A DNA stretch of 64,000 nucleotides from Takakia lepidozioides (lineage: Eukaryota; Plantae; Bryophyta). Shown piece after piece: positions 1 through 13,600 of this stretch. The position numbers and the translations under genes are program-made. The stretch is from positions 94,302,001 through 94,366,000 of the forward strand of contig CM060731.1 in assembly GCA_030704615.1 (NCBI GenBank). Reading direction: 5' to 3'. Numbering within the stretch: position 1 is the stretch's first letter; each line of letters opens with the position of its first letter. The notes under the pieces were generated by a model. The model searched no databases and had not been told where the DNA came from. It saw only the letters and a list, made by a program, of their open reading frames with translations.

Positions 1-1087
1 TCAACGCTACATGACAAAATAAACAAAACAAAACAAAACAAACGTCTCGCTAATCATCAATGTCTCCTATCGAGGCTCAAATCATTGTTGCAGGAAAACC
101 CACTTTTCTATTTTAGCCTGTGTCGTTGGCTCAATTGTCCAGTGTTATCTATGTCCAAGTGCAATCTCTTATGTATCCAAAGACCCCAATGTTTGGGAGA
201 TCTAGGGTAGCATGTGCCATTGGCCCATGTGTGAAGAATTGAAATCTAAGCCCAAGTGCAATCTCTTATGTATCCAAGTGCTTCTACCATGTAGATGCCC
301 TGCGACCTCCGGTCTCCAATGTCACCTAAGTCCAAGGACAATCCCCTATATATCTAGAGACCCTCCTGTTTGGGAGATCTAGGCCTAGGGTAGCCTATGC
401 CATTGGCACATGTGTGAAGAATTGAAATCTAAGCCCAAGTGCAATCTCCTAATATGTATCCAAGTGCGTCTCTCATGTAGAGGCCCAAGTGCGACCTCCA
501 ATGTCCAATGTCATCTAAGTCCAAGTGCAATCCCCTATGCATCCAGAGAACCTGCAGTTTGGGAGATCTCCAAGTCATTGTTCCAACAAAGCCCACCTAT
601 TTTTGCAAGGTCATTGTTCCAACAAAACCCACTTTGCTATTTTTGCAATCTCCCCTATCGAGGCTTAATATATTGATATATCCACTTTGCTATTTTTCAC
701 GAATTTCCAACGACCAAAAGTACTTGAAATTCCAAATCTCCCACGTGAAGGGCCAATCACTCCTCCAAGAAAGCCCACTTTGCTATTTTTCCCGAATTTC
801 CAACGACCAAAAGTACTTGAAATTCCAAATCTCCCAAGTGAAGGGCCAATCACTGCTCCAGGAGAGCCCACTTTGCCATTTTTCCAAAATTTCCAACGGC
901 ACCAAGCACCCAAGCACCGGCCCGCGGTTTGGGAGATCTCAAGGACGCTACAAAACAAACATCTCCCTTGATATATTGATTGCATCTAGATGACTGACAG
1001 TCATCCTTATGGATGTCATCCAAGAATCTCCATTATGTCCACTGAGGCTGACCGGCTACAGGCCGTAGCCGGTCAGGGAATCCCTTG
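1..1087 (+). mobile_element. Repeat-rich non-autonomous element end, probable Helitron 3' terminus
   Basis: Internal ~180-bp units (gtttgggagatct at ~191, 368, 557) and 93-bp units (starting 682, 775, 868). A perfect 12-bp GC-rich hairpin, ctgaccggctac-aggcc-gtagccggtcag (1048-1076), is followed 7 nt later by CTTG|T. The same repeat family recurs inverted at ~50260-50890. Confidence 0.5.
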
Positions 1088-1571
1088 TCGCGCTGGTCTA
1101 GGCTCCCCGTCTACCTAGTCCAGGTGGATTGTCCTGTTCAGAATATTTATATTAGAAAGGCACATTCTAAGTTGTACCCTCTACCTTAGTCCATGTGGAT
1201 TGTCCTGTTAGAACTAATATTACATTAGAAAGGCACATACTAAGTTGTATCCAGGCCGAATATGTTTTGATGGAAAAAATATTGGGACAAAAATTTCTCC
1301 ATTTATATGTCAAACTGGAAAGTTACTAAATTGATTCTTCAGCTGACAGGAAATTCACTGCGAAAATAATTTGGACAATAAGCAAAACAGTAGCTTTTGA
1401 GCAAACCAGTCAGCAGTCAACTGACCCAGCACTCCTTCCACATCAAGCTAAGCTACATACTTTGGCCATGTGCAAAAATCTCGCTATCAACTTTGCAAAA
1501 ATCATGCTAAGAGTACTGCTGCATACACAGAACACTTCCAGATTATTCTTTCTGTTGAAGTGCACATCCAG

Positions 1572-1640
1572 TCAGGGAGCCAAGCCTCCCAAATTCAACT
1601 GATTTAAAACCTCAAATGCTGGAACAATGTCTATTGGAAC
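1572..1640 (-). CDS. NUDT3: NUDT3 exon 21 (terminal)
   Basis: VPIDIVPAFEVLNQLNLGGLAP*, TGA at 1574-1572. Confidence 0.88.
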   Translation of the reverse strand, partial: VPIDIVPAFEVLNQLNLGGLAP

Positions 1641-4600
1641 CTGCATTTATCATAAGAAAATAAATGTTAGAATGTTGCCAACAAGTGAAGAGAAAACTCT
1701 GTGCCACACTGCCAAATTCCTAAGTTCGCAGCAGGAAATAAAATGTACCGGATCTGGTGGAGCACAGGTGGATTGCATGCACCTGAATGAAAACGCAGCC
1801 AGTCACACTGGCCTTGATGTTAAGCTTTTATCAATGTTACCTGGACATCTTGGAGACAGGCGAAAGCTTGCTGCAACTGTGGCGTTAAGGTCACGTACTT
1901 CTCCAACAAAGCTTGGGCTGCGGACTTATCCCCAGTAGCCTCTATTGTCAAAATCTTTCTGCTCAACTCCTCCACGCTATCTCTGACCTGCATGCATTGA
2001 TAGTAAGATTTATGAAGCTGAAAAAAGCAATGATCAAAAGTGCTTTCCTATCAGACAGGATGCAGCTCGCACCAGGGAACATTCTAAAACAGTAACAAAC
2101 ACTTGTACCCTGAACTGACATGCAGTTAAGTAGCTTTCATGTAGTTGGAGTCCTATAGTGTGCATCCTAGCCTGTCTATGCATTCTAGTCTGATGCTACT
2201 CCATAGGTGAAGAAAGCCAAGGAAATCAGTGTTCCAAGCTGAGAATATCAACTCCTTGGCTGCACATCTACTCCCAAGCGTGTCACTCCTAGATTAATCA
2301 ATTGGAAATAACATGGCTAAAAAGGGGGTTGTTTACTCTGATGAAGTCAACAGAGAAGGAGCCATCGCCATTTGCCACAAAGCCACCTTTCTCTAATATC
2401 CAGTTGAACTGCAGTGCTTGCCCTTTCCTGGTGAATCCACACACAACTTTCCATGTTAGGAATGATGTGTGCCATTAAACTTCTCTGCTTGTCACTGTGT
2501 GGTTACTGTCCAGCAAACTGTTACATGATTTGTTATCTGAGAACTGCACAAAGTTGCAACCAAGTAACTTCTGGGTTCTCAGACTCCAATAGATTTGATG
2601 TAAGCCACTGGCACCATGAATCACGATCCCCATTGCTTACAAAGGTCTCCTGAAAATCACCGGTCCTAGTTCCTTATGACCTTGTTTTCTGATTACAACT
2701 CCGTATAGGAAATTTAAGGATAGTGATGGGTTTGTACTTATATATTCAAGAAGTAGGGATCTCGTACCCATGAGCCTCCTGCAGCCCAAATCGAATCGAG
2801 CGAAAACAGCCGGCAAGGAAGGAGACATACATAGTTTTTCCTAAGCTTTTGGGCAGCAAACTCTGCAGCCAACAAACAACTTTGCCTGGTTAGGTACATC
2901 TTTCCATCACTTCTTTGGAAACCACAGAAGCTATAATTTCAGGATGACACACATTTGCGACTCCCTCAACTTACTGGAGTTTGGGTCACATCTTTGACTT
3001 ATTTTCTGCAAGGCTTTGTCCACAGCAGGCTTAAAATTTCTCTTGCTACATGAATGAATACGCAAAGGTAGAGTAGGATACCTGGTCAATAAGATAGTGC
3101 AATGCCCAAAGCCCGACGATGTCTGCCTTGGCCTCCTCAATTGCTGAGTACAGCTCTTGCAGCTCCTGTTAGCCCAACAAGTAGATTTCAAGTTCTCCAA
3201 TGTTGTACTCTCTATCTCTCTCTCCCTTCTTTGTTCTGGTTTGGGGCCTTGAGACCCCCTCTTTCTTTCTTTTCCTCTGTGGGAAGTCATAGAGTCTTAC
3301 ATTCAAAACACTGAAGCATCACCTAAAGGATAACGGCTTCTTTTATGAAGGTCAAGAATAAAAATAGCTGCATCTTTCTGAGTCCTCCTCTAAAAGGCTG
3401 ACCAGAGAGTGACCAGAAAGCTAAACGAACAAGGGGGACTGCCGACCCAGCTCATAACACTTTCCCATTTCTAAGAAAACATTCCCCTAGTCATTAGAGA
3501 TAACCACATCATCGTCCCTTCCTAACTCTCCACCCAAATAGTCCACATCACTCACAAGGACCCTCGGCAGCTTCCAAATCCACTCTCACACCCATACACA
3601 CCTGATGAAGCTTGAATTTGTCCAGTATGTACCACAATCGAAGTGGAGAAACATTTGTTTCCTTTTCCCATGCCCTACATATTACAGGAACAGGGGACAA
3701 TAGTCCTATCCCTCTAGAGATTCCTCATCCTTGGCAGAAACATTCAGCTATGAGGACCTGCAGTACCGAGCAGCTTCCATGAGGTACTCCAACTCTGAGC
3801 GACTGATGGGTTCTTTATTACCTCTTCTGGTTATGGCCAGAGGCCCTTGGTGTATGAAATAAATTTTCTTCTTCTACTACTTTCCCCTCCCTCCCCAAGG
3901 ACCAGCAAAGAGGGTGGGGCAGCCAACCAGGCGCACAGTAGACTCTCGTCCATCTGGAGTGATAATTCCATGGGGGCCAATCCCATGACAGCATTCATGG
4001 CAAATGGTGTGTGTGAAGAATGAGTCGAAATCGACATCTTCTCTCTGTGATGCAGCGACACACACCTTTGCGATTGGGAGCAATATGTAGTCAAATCTGC
4101 ACGAGATTAAGAAACCAGTGTTGCTTAACTTGGCAACTTGTCAGTGATCCTATTTAGATATCTGGGAAATGAAGTGGTAACGACTGATTCTGGTGGTCCC
4201 TTGCCAAAGTCTAAAAGTGTGAACACCAGCTGCTACCTGGCATTAGTGTCCCTAGCCACTGGAAACAAAGTGCAATTTTTGTGGATGGCATTTCAAAGAC
4301 TCACAGAAAGATAGGGAAGTGTATAAGTTACTTGGCCTGTGATATGTTCTTAAGCATAACCATGGCGCTTCCGCGCTCTTTCACGATCCTATCGTCATTG
4401 GGCAAATTGAAGGCCACTGTTTGAGGTCCCTTCACATCCTGCACCCAGATCATTTGCCTCTAGGTTGGTCATTGCCCTGCTTAGCATGTACTCAAATCCC
4501 AGTTACAATCTGTATTTTGACATAACAAAAGTGAGAAAGGCTGAAGAAGGAATACCCCACTGTTGTAAAGCAGTTGAATGACACGGATGGGAGAAGCTGA

Positions 4601-7600
4601 GACACCTTTCGACTTGTAATCTGAGGCCATTGGTAGGTTGTCCTCCAGCTCCTGCCTCAAACCACTTCCCCATCACTCTTTCCTGCTCCCCTCCCTCTAC
4701 ATCTCCCACAGCATATATAGAACAAAGAGCAACTACTGACTGCAAACTTAGACCCCCTATCTCTATATTGAAGTCTGGGAACAATGATATATATGTCACC
4801 TACACTAAACATGAGGTGGGTTCCCCTTATAAGCCAAATATCTGCACCTGGAGGTGTTCGCTGAAGAGCTTCAATTGCAAGGTGGCCTCATCATCCCGAA
4901 TCCCAATGAATGCCTCAAATGTTGCCTATGATCACATAGACCAATCAGTCAGGATAGAGCTACATTGGCCACATGCTGAACTCACTTAACTATGCTGTCC
5001 TCAATTCATTTAAACTAAGCTCACTCTCATTTAGTTGTTATTGCTCTGTGCAAACTAGACAAGCTAGCATAGAGGTTACACCCATAAACAGACATCAAAT
5101 TTTTAGATTAGTTGTCTGCAGATGGGCATGAAAATGGAGAAGACTCGCAGGTTAGGCAGATTTTACACATCAAAGTCCTTCGAATGTTAGCAGCCTTTTA
5201 GATAGCAATAAAGACATAACACGATTCTGAGCACTATCTTGTGTCACATTCCAGAAACATCCAGGGGATGCATTCAGGGCAGACCTTATAGCCGAAGAGA
5301 GTGTCTTCGTATGTCTCGTATGGACCGATTGTGACATCTATTGAAGAATCCTGCTAACACAACAAAATAGGTCAGGGGTCAAGGTTTGATTTCCTGAAAT
5401 AACACCTTCAGCAATTACTTTAGTTCAAGTACCTACATTGTCCTCTTCTTTAATGATGTTCACAGGCTGCTCCATACCTTTTATGAAGCTGAAAGCCATC
5501 ATATCAATTTTCAGAATGCAGAGAGGTGTCTCCACTGAACTGAACCAATGGAGACAAAAGAGGGGAATGAAGCCCCCCCAACCCCACACGTGGACCAAAC
5601 AACACAGGTTTGGAACTATATGCCTGAAGGTCTTGCCCGACTCAACCCCACTCAGGAAACCTCCCTAAGGAAATATCCACTCCAAGGAAATTTTGTATTG
5701 ATGGCCACAGTGGAGGAAATTTCTGACCACATGCTACAGCCAACTAGTGGAGGCTGTAAGGAGGATATAGCCTACGAAATCAGAGATAATGACATGTACG
5801 TACCAATTCCATCCAAGCAATGTCTGAATCATAGTAGTCATTTGACAAAAAGGCCTCCCCTTTAGCTTTAAGCAGCCTCTTTAAGCTGACACAATGCAAG
5901 AGCAGATTTTGCTTCATAATCACATCTCATTTCCTCTATATGTGCACTTGACACCAGGATCATGTTTCATGGCCAGAATCACATGTGGAAACCAGATATC
6001 TCCTTCATGTAGTAATGTATGTAACAAAAGCACAATCTACCATCTACCACTTAGAATGCAACAGCATGGAAGAGGATAGAGAACGAAAGAAAGTTTAAGA
6101 AAGAAAGAAAAGCTATAATGCTCACACAGGGCCACGAGGACACATGGGAAACGGGAAAGAGAGACAGAGAGAAAGACACAAGAATCTAATGGCGTCCTCA
6201 GGAGGTCACAAGGCCAAGCGGCACAGGTAGAACAACACAGTAGAACCACAGATACCAAAAAACTCAAAGCTCAAGAACTTCAGTCTTGTAAATATTTACC
6301 TCAGGTTTTCTGCCGAGCGTTCAGCTTCATGCAAGAGGTCTGCAGCCTCCCTGAGAAGCGCAGAATACTCTACAGAGTAAGGAACAATCTGCAAGTCATA
6401 GGCCTTGCCAGTCTTCACATCTTGAAGACCCTCTGGTCTACGAATGACTGTGAAAAACCCAGTGGCAGCTTCCTGTTGTTCCTTGCTTAGACTTGCACTC
6501 CACAGTTGAAACTCCTGACCCACCCAGGTCACAAGCTCATTACCATGTTTTGAAGTGTGGCCCACCTCCAAAAGGGGGAAGTAACTGAAAGGTGAAGTGG
6601 CTCTTAGCTACCCCAGCTTCAGCCCGACTCTTCTCTCTCCCTCTCTCTCTCCCTCTCTCTCTCTCTGACTGAAGGATTTGGTACCCTGAATGGTTTACCA
6701 ATTCTCAAAGTTTACACAAGACGAGCAAAATCTACACATGGGGTAACTGTCCCCCCTTTGCAGAACGGTTGGCCGTCCAGGAGCAATCACAAGCTACCTA
6801 GACGACAAACAATTCACATGCAAAGGGCTGGCTTGCGGCTGGCCACTTTCAACTTCTCAGGGTTGACCAACCAAAGGAAACAACTCGAAGTGGGACAAGT
6901 TCTTCGGACTAATGATATTCATATCTGTGCTGGGCAAGAAACATAGGAAACGTCGGATAAACTGGTTGGAGGTTATAAATGGGCAGGTAAGATGTGTACT
7001 CTCAAGGCAGCCTCTGCCAAACGCGGTCAAAAAGGGGTTGGATTCTTTGTCCGTGATTTCTTGTTTGACAATTGTGAAATTATCAACAAGGGTTTGAGGT
7101 ACGAGCATAGTATCTGGCTAAAACTGAATCTGAAGGGCGGCATGAGTACGAAGGACCTCTTTGTGGGTTGTGTTTACATCCCCACAGAGGGGACCCTTAG
7201 TGCTGACGCAGACAGAGCCTTCGAAGATGTAAAGCTGGACTGTGCTTCGTTCCTTGCCAAAGGTCAGGTGGTGCTATTGGGTGACTTCAATGCCCGGGTG
7301 GGCAAAGGGCTCCATCAGGACGATATCATTGGGCCTTTTGGTGAGGACGAGCTGAATTCTAATGGCAGACGGTTAATTAACTGTCTGGAAGAGCTTCAGC
7401 TTTTGACCTTGAATAACAGGACAAGAGGTGACCAAGTGCAGTGGACTCGTGAGAAATCCCAAACTGGGGAACGTTCCATTGTGGACTATATCATAATGGA
7501 CAAAAATTTGTTCCCCCAGTGTGCCAATGTGTTGATAACAGAACTGATATCGGTACCTCTGACCACTTCCTGGTTTGGACTGAGATCAAAAGGTGTTTTC

Positions 7601-10600
7601 CCAACACCAAGAGATCTGTGAAACGTTCGATTCGGAAGTGGCACATAGAAAAATTCCATAATGAGGAGGTCAAGGCTGAGTACGTCCAGGCCTTGCAAGA
7701 GGCTCTCCCTCATTTTGTCCAATCGCTCCAAGAACTTCAGTCTCGCTCTGACAACACAAGAAATGAAGTCGAAAGAGCAGTGGACTCTTGGGAGAGTTTT
7801 GTTTCCTCCGTGGCTGACAAGATCATTGGGAGGAAACTAATTGTCTGCGGTAGAGCTGTTAATTGGTGGACCAATGAGATTAAACTCAAGATAGCTGAGA
7901 GACGAGCCCTCTATAAAGAGTGCTGCAATTTGAAAACCAACAGAGAATTGTGGGCGAGGTACTACCAGCTCCGTAAAGATATAGCTTGTTAGGTCTCAGA
8001 AGAAATTATACTGGGACAAGTTATACAGTGAAATAAACTCAAACCACCATGGTGGTAATGACAAGAAATTCTGGTTGGCCCTTCAACGTCTGTACAAGCC
8101 GAAAAACGGTCAGCAAGTACAAGCGCTGAAGACTACTAAAGGTGCAGTGGTGACTTCATCGGTTGACATTGTCAAAACCTTTGAAACTCACTACAGTATC
8201 CTTGGCAGAACTTCTAGGTCTAACAGTGAGGGGTCTTCTCCTGAATGGAGGGACACAGTTGGAAAACTGTTCCTATGATTCAAAAACAGCCCTGATGAAC
8301 TGGGGTATATGGCTTATAACGCTCCCATAAGTTCTTCTGAGATTGTGGAAGCAATTGAACATTTAAATGGATATAAAGCTGGTGGACCTGATGGTATTGT
8401 CAACAAGCTTATCAAGCACGGTGGCGATCCCATGATAGAGGCCCTAGTTCTCCTCTTTAACCTTATCTGGAAGACTGAAATGATCCCCTTTCGCTGGTGA
8501 CAGGGGGTCATTGTCAATCTATACAAGAAGGGTGACAGAGAAGAACCGGGGAACTACCGTGGCATCACGCTCCTCAATGCTGTTGGCAAGACATTCTGCA
8601 GAGTTATTAGTACAAGTCTCGAGGTTGATCTGGAGTCTAGAGGTTGTTTCCACGAAGGCCAAGCTGGCTTTCGGCGAAACAGGGGCTGTGTGGATCATAT
8701 CTTCACTCTAAGCCAGATTATCCAGGGAAGGAAAAAAGAAGGGAAACCCACTTATGTTTTATTCCTGGATGTCAAAAAGGCTTATGACACAGTGTGGAGA
8801 GATGGCCTATGGTTCCGCCTCTAGTCTTGTGGGATCAAGGGAAAGATGTGGAGAGTTGTCCACAACTTGTATGCTCACACCAAAAGCTGTGTCACTGTTA
8901 ACGGACAGAAGTCCAACTTCTTTCACATAGACCAAGGAGTAGCTCAAGGATGTACTCTCTCCCCTCTGCTCTTCAATGTTTTCATCAATCAACTCCTCGA
9001 GGATGTGGAAAGTGAGGGATTTGGGTTAAGGGTGGGTGATACCACCATACCAGCCCCTTATGTTTGCGGATGACTTCGCAGACATAGGAGAGACTCCAAC
9101 CAATCTCCAGGAGTTGATTGATTGCGCGAAGAGATACTTTGATCTTTGGGGGCTAGAGGCTAATGTCAGCAAATGTGCAGTGGTAGCATTCAACGACAGA
9201 GGAGAGGGAGGAAGTGATCTTAAGTGGCAGTGGGGTAGCCAAGAGATCCCGGGCGTTGAGTTTTCCTCCAATTGTAATTGGGATGCACATATCCGGAAAG
9301 TTGTTCAAACTGGCAAGGGCAAAGCTCTGGGGCTCACTAAATTTTTCCACTGCAGAGGGGTCAACTCTGAGGTTAAGAAAACCATGCTTTGTCGCGTTAT
9401 TAGACCTTTGGCACAATACACACCTACGTCAACTGTAAGTTCCGACCATTCGGAATCATCAGAAATAGAAAGATTCTTCACGGGCTCACCGGAGTGTTCT
9501 TGAACCAGTTCAGAATCTCCATGTGGTTCCATCGAATACCCACAATAATCAGTATGATCACTTTCTGGGTACCCAATAAGTTTTGAAGAGATTCATTGGG
9601 GGTGTGCTGAATCACCATGATATAGTCCTTCATCTCAATTTTAGGCAGGCATATATGACAGTACATTTAAACGCCAACGATGTCTCCATTTTCGTTCTTC
9701 ACTGTTGAATAATAAAGTATTCTTTTGAAACCAATTAAATGATCTGCAACTTTTGAGATTTCCAGTTTAATTGTGACTTTGATTTATTCCATTCCATTTA
9801 TTCCATATTGCAGTCACAATTGAATGTCCCCTATTCCATCTTAATTGTAAGTTAGTTTCTTTCAATTCCATTTCTTCCCAGTGGGATTCTCATTTGTATA
9901 TTGGCCTGATATCTGTAACATTATGATTTGTTTCAAACTTCGGTCTTTCCTCTCAATCCTGAAATAATGCCATGAGATATCTAATCCAGATAACATAATG
10001 TTGTGTTTCATGTTCAGTGGTCAGTCAAACATACCGGCGGATTGCCTGATTGGCGTATGCAAGGAGATATGTGGGGAGTTCATCTCAACAAAATTGCCAA
10101 ACTTCAGCATAGACCACCTTGGAGTACGGATCTGCAATATGGGTTGATAACTCCAACCAGGCTAAGTCTCTAGAATCCATTCAAGTGGGGGTGCTTAAGG
10201 AGTGTATGTCAGCATGCTCCAAAACAGCCAATGTGGCTGTTCGGGGTGAGTTTGGCATTCCGTCCTTAAGCTCCCGACGAGATGAATTCAAGGTCAGATG
10301 GTGGGGTCAGCTGCAACATATGCCCAACACCAGATATCCTAAGTTAATCGACTCTATATCTTGGAAACAGGACCGCCCTGTCAAACAGGCTAAGTCCTGG
10401 CAGAAGAGAGTACAAGATTTTCTCAAGGACCTGGACCTGGACCTGCAAGTCTTGACCCTGCTGGATAAATCTGACTTAGAGGCTGTAGTGTCCAAAGCCA
10501 TGTCTGTTGCCATGAGATTGTCTGATGAAAATGAAGTTAGGCAGAAAACTTCCCTGAACTTGTTTCCAGTCAGTGACATGGGGGAGGACATCTTGGATGA

Positions 10601-13600
10601 CCTCAAGGGTCTACCCACTCTCGGCACTAGACTGAAATTTAAACTCAGGGCAGGAAGCCTACCTTTGAACAGCAAACAGAAGCAGAGAGGAAAGGGAGAG
10701 TGCAATTGCCCGTTGTGTGGCCAATCTGAAGACAGTATTCATTTTCTGATACACTGTCCAGGGTTCTCTCACCAAAGAGACGCTCTCTTCAAATCTATCA
10801 AGGGAATTGTGCCTGTACCCCTGTTACGAACTTTGAAAGTCTCGAGGCTGAGCCAAAAGCCCAGGCCCTCCTGAGGCCTAGTTTTTGGGCAAATCACACA
10901 CAGCAGATTGATGCTTGTGTGAAGGGATTTCTAGAGGATATCTGGAAAACCCGGATTAATTCTATATATGAAGGTAAGTCTTACTACCAACGTCAGCCCC
11001 TGACAGAGGTAGGTTCTGTCCCTTTTGTTCCTGCTCAAACTGGGCGCGGGGTCAATGGCCACAAGGCTACGGCAAACAACGTCTTATGAGTACAATCTCT
11101 CTCTGACAAAACTCTCCCTGCCCTCTAGGAAGCCTATCAACATTGGGTGGACTTGAAATGGGAGTAGATAAATGTCTCTGTGACTAAATGCCGGCCTTGT
11201 GACCTCGTGTCTTGGTTTGTTTTGACCTGAAGCACTCTGCTTTGGGTAAGGTAGTACATTGGATTTAGTTGGAGAGTCTGGGGCCTCTCCCTCTTTAGAA
11301 CATCTCTACGCGGGCCATTCCCTGCAGCTCCTTTGGAGTTATGATCTCTGAATGGTAACAAGCGGAACCCTACCGCTTGGGGGCAGCCCCTCCGCCCAAA
11401 ATGGTCTGTCTAGCATGCTCGGCACTTGGGCTAGGGTTGGTCCTTGTGCTTAAACTTACAGCCTGCGAATACAGAAAAAATATTTGGCCACTCCGATAAT
11501 AACACTACTCAGGGTGATTCCTGGGAAATGGTTACTTATGCCAAATCTAGAGCTTCATGTGTAGTTTTTGGGGTGAATCCCAGGATGGATGATGTGTCCT
11601 TTAAAACTACCTGCTCCAGCTTAGGCTTGGATTATGTGGCTAATGGCACCATCTCAAGATTGGATAACAGAGGTACTTTGAACGTTTCATTGCCTAAATC
11701 TGCTACAAATAGAATCCCACATCAAATCAGCTTCAAAGAAATTCGCCCCTTGACTGGTTGGAGGGTGGTCTTAGACAGTGGTGATTCAATGAGGCGCTCT
11801 AGGAAGACAGTCAAGTGTGGGGACTTCAACTTCAAAGTTTCTAACCGGTTTGAAGCCCTGGAAGAGATTGATACCAAGCAGCCAGACAGGTTAGTTGGCC
11901 CTATGTGTGCTGAGGCTGAGCGTCAGGAACCTGACGGATTTGGCACTCTGAATGGATTGCCAATCCTTAAGGTTTACTCTAGAAGAATTAAATCTTCGCA
12001 TGAAGGATTTGGCACTCTGAATGGTTTGCCAATCCTTAAGGTTTACTCTAGAAGAATTAAATCTTCGCCTGAAGGATTTGGCACTCGGAATGGTTTGCCA
12101 ATCCTTAAGGTTTACTCTAGACGCCCAAAATCTACACATGGGGCAACTGATCCCCCTTTGCAGAGCGGTTGGTCGTCCAGGAGCAATCATAGGCTCCCTA
12201 GACGGCAAACAATCCATATGCAAAAGGCTGGCTTGCGGCTGACTTTCAACTTCTCGGGGTTGACTAATCAAAGGAAACAATTTGAAGTGGGACAAGTTCT
12301 TCAGTCAAATGGTATTCATATCTGTGCTGGGCAAGAGACATGGGAAACTTCGGACAAACTGGTTGGAGATGTCAACGGCTACCGTTGGTTTGGCAAGATG
12401 TGTGCGCTTAAGGTGACCACTGCCAAGCGTGGGCAAAAAGGTGTTGGCTTCTTTGTCCGTGATTTCTTGTGTGACAATTGTGAAATTATCAACAAGGATT
12501 TGCGGTATGAGCACAGTATCTGGCTGAAACTAAAATTGAAGGGCAGCGTGAGTAGGAAGGACCTCTTTGTGGGCTGTGTTTACATGCCCACAGAGGGGGC
12601 CCTTAGCGCTGACGCAGATAAAGCCTTCGAAGACGTAAAGCTGGACTGTGCTAAGTTCCTTGCCAGGGTCAGGTGGTCTTATTGGGTGACTTCAATGCCC
12701 GGGTGGGTAAAGGTCTTCACCAGGATGATATCATCGGACCTTTTGGTGAGGACGAGCTGAACTCTAATGGAAGACGGTTAATTAACTGTCTGGAAGAGCT
12801 TCAGCTTTCGATCCTGAACAATAGGTCAAAAGGTGACCAGGTGCAGTGGACCCGTGAGAAAGCCCAAACTGGGGAACGGTCCATTGTGGATTATATCATA
12901 GTGGACAAGAATCTGTTTCCCCAGTGCGCCAATGTGTTAATTGACAGAACTGAAATTGGTACCTCTGACCACTTTCTGGTTTGGACTGAGATCAAAAGGT
13001 GTTTCCCCAACACCAAGAGATCTGTGAAACGTTCGATCCAGAAGTGGCGCATTGAAAAATTCCGAAATGAAGAGGTCAAGGCTGAGTATGTCCAGGCCTT
13101 GCAAGAGGCTCTGCCCAACTTTGTCCATTCGCTCCAAGACCTTCAATCTCGCGCTGGCAATGCAAGAAATGAAGTCGAAAGAGCGGTGGACTCTTGGGAG
13201 AGTTTCGTTTTCTGTGGCTGAAAAGATCATTGGGAGGAACTAATTGTCTGCGGTAGAGCTGTTAATTGGTGGACACTCAAGATTGCCGAGAGACGAGCCC
13301 TCTATAAAGAGTGCTGCAGAATGAAAGTCAATAATGACCTTTGGGTTAGGTACTACCAGCTCCGCAAAGATATCAATCAGCTTGTCAGGTCTCAGAAGAA
13401 ACTATATTGGGATAAGTTATACAGGGAAATAAACTCAAACCACCACGGTGGTAATGACCAGAAATTCTGGTTGGCCCTTCAACGTCTGTACAAGCCGAAA
13501 AATTGTCAGCAAGTACAAGCGCTGAGGACCCCTAAGGGTGCAGTGGTGACTTCAACGGCTGACATTGTCAACACCTTCGAAACCCACTACAGTACACTTG

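Noticed and set aside
682-900. Regular repeats as a possible CRISPR array
   Set aside because: Units are contiguous tandem copies without unique spacers; eukaryotic context; no cas genes.
410-993. Overlapping ORFs of 88-161 aa at the window start
   Set aside because: They arise from 93-bp (multiple-of-three) repeat units; no recognisable domain.
3975-4010. HECCH instead of HEXXGH in the DPP III domain as a novelty
   Set aside because: The pentapeptide motif is the known state of plant Nudix-DPP III proteins.
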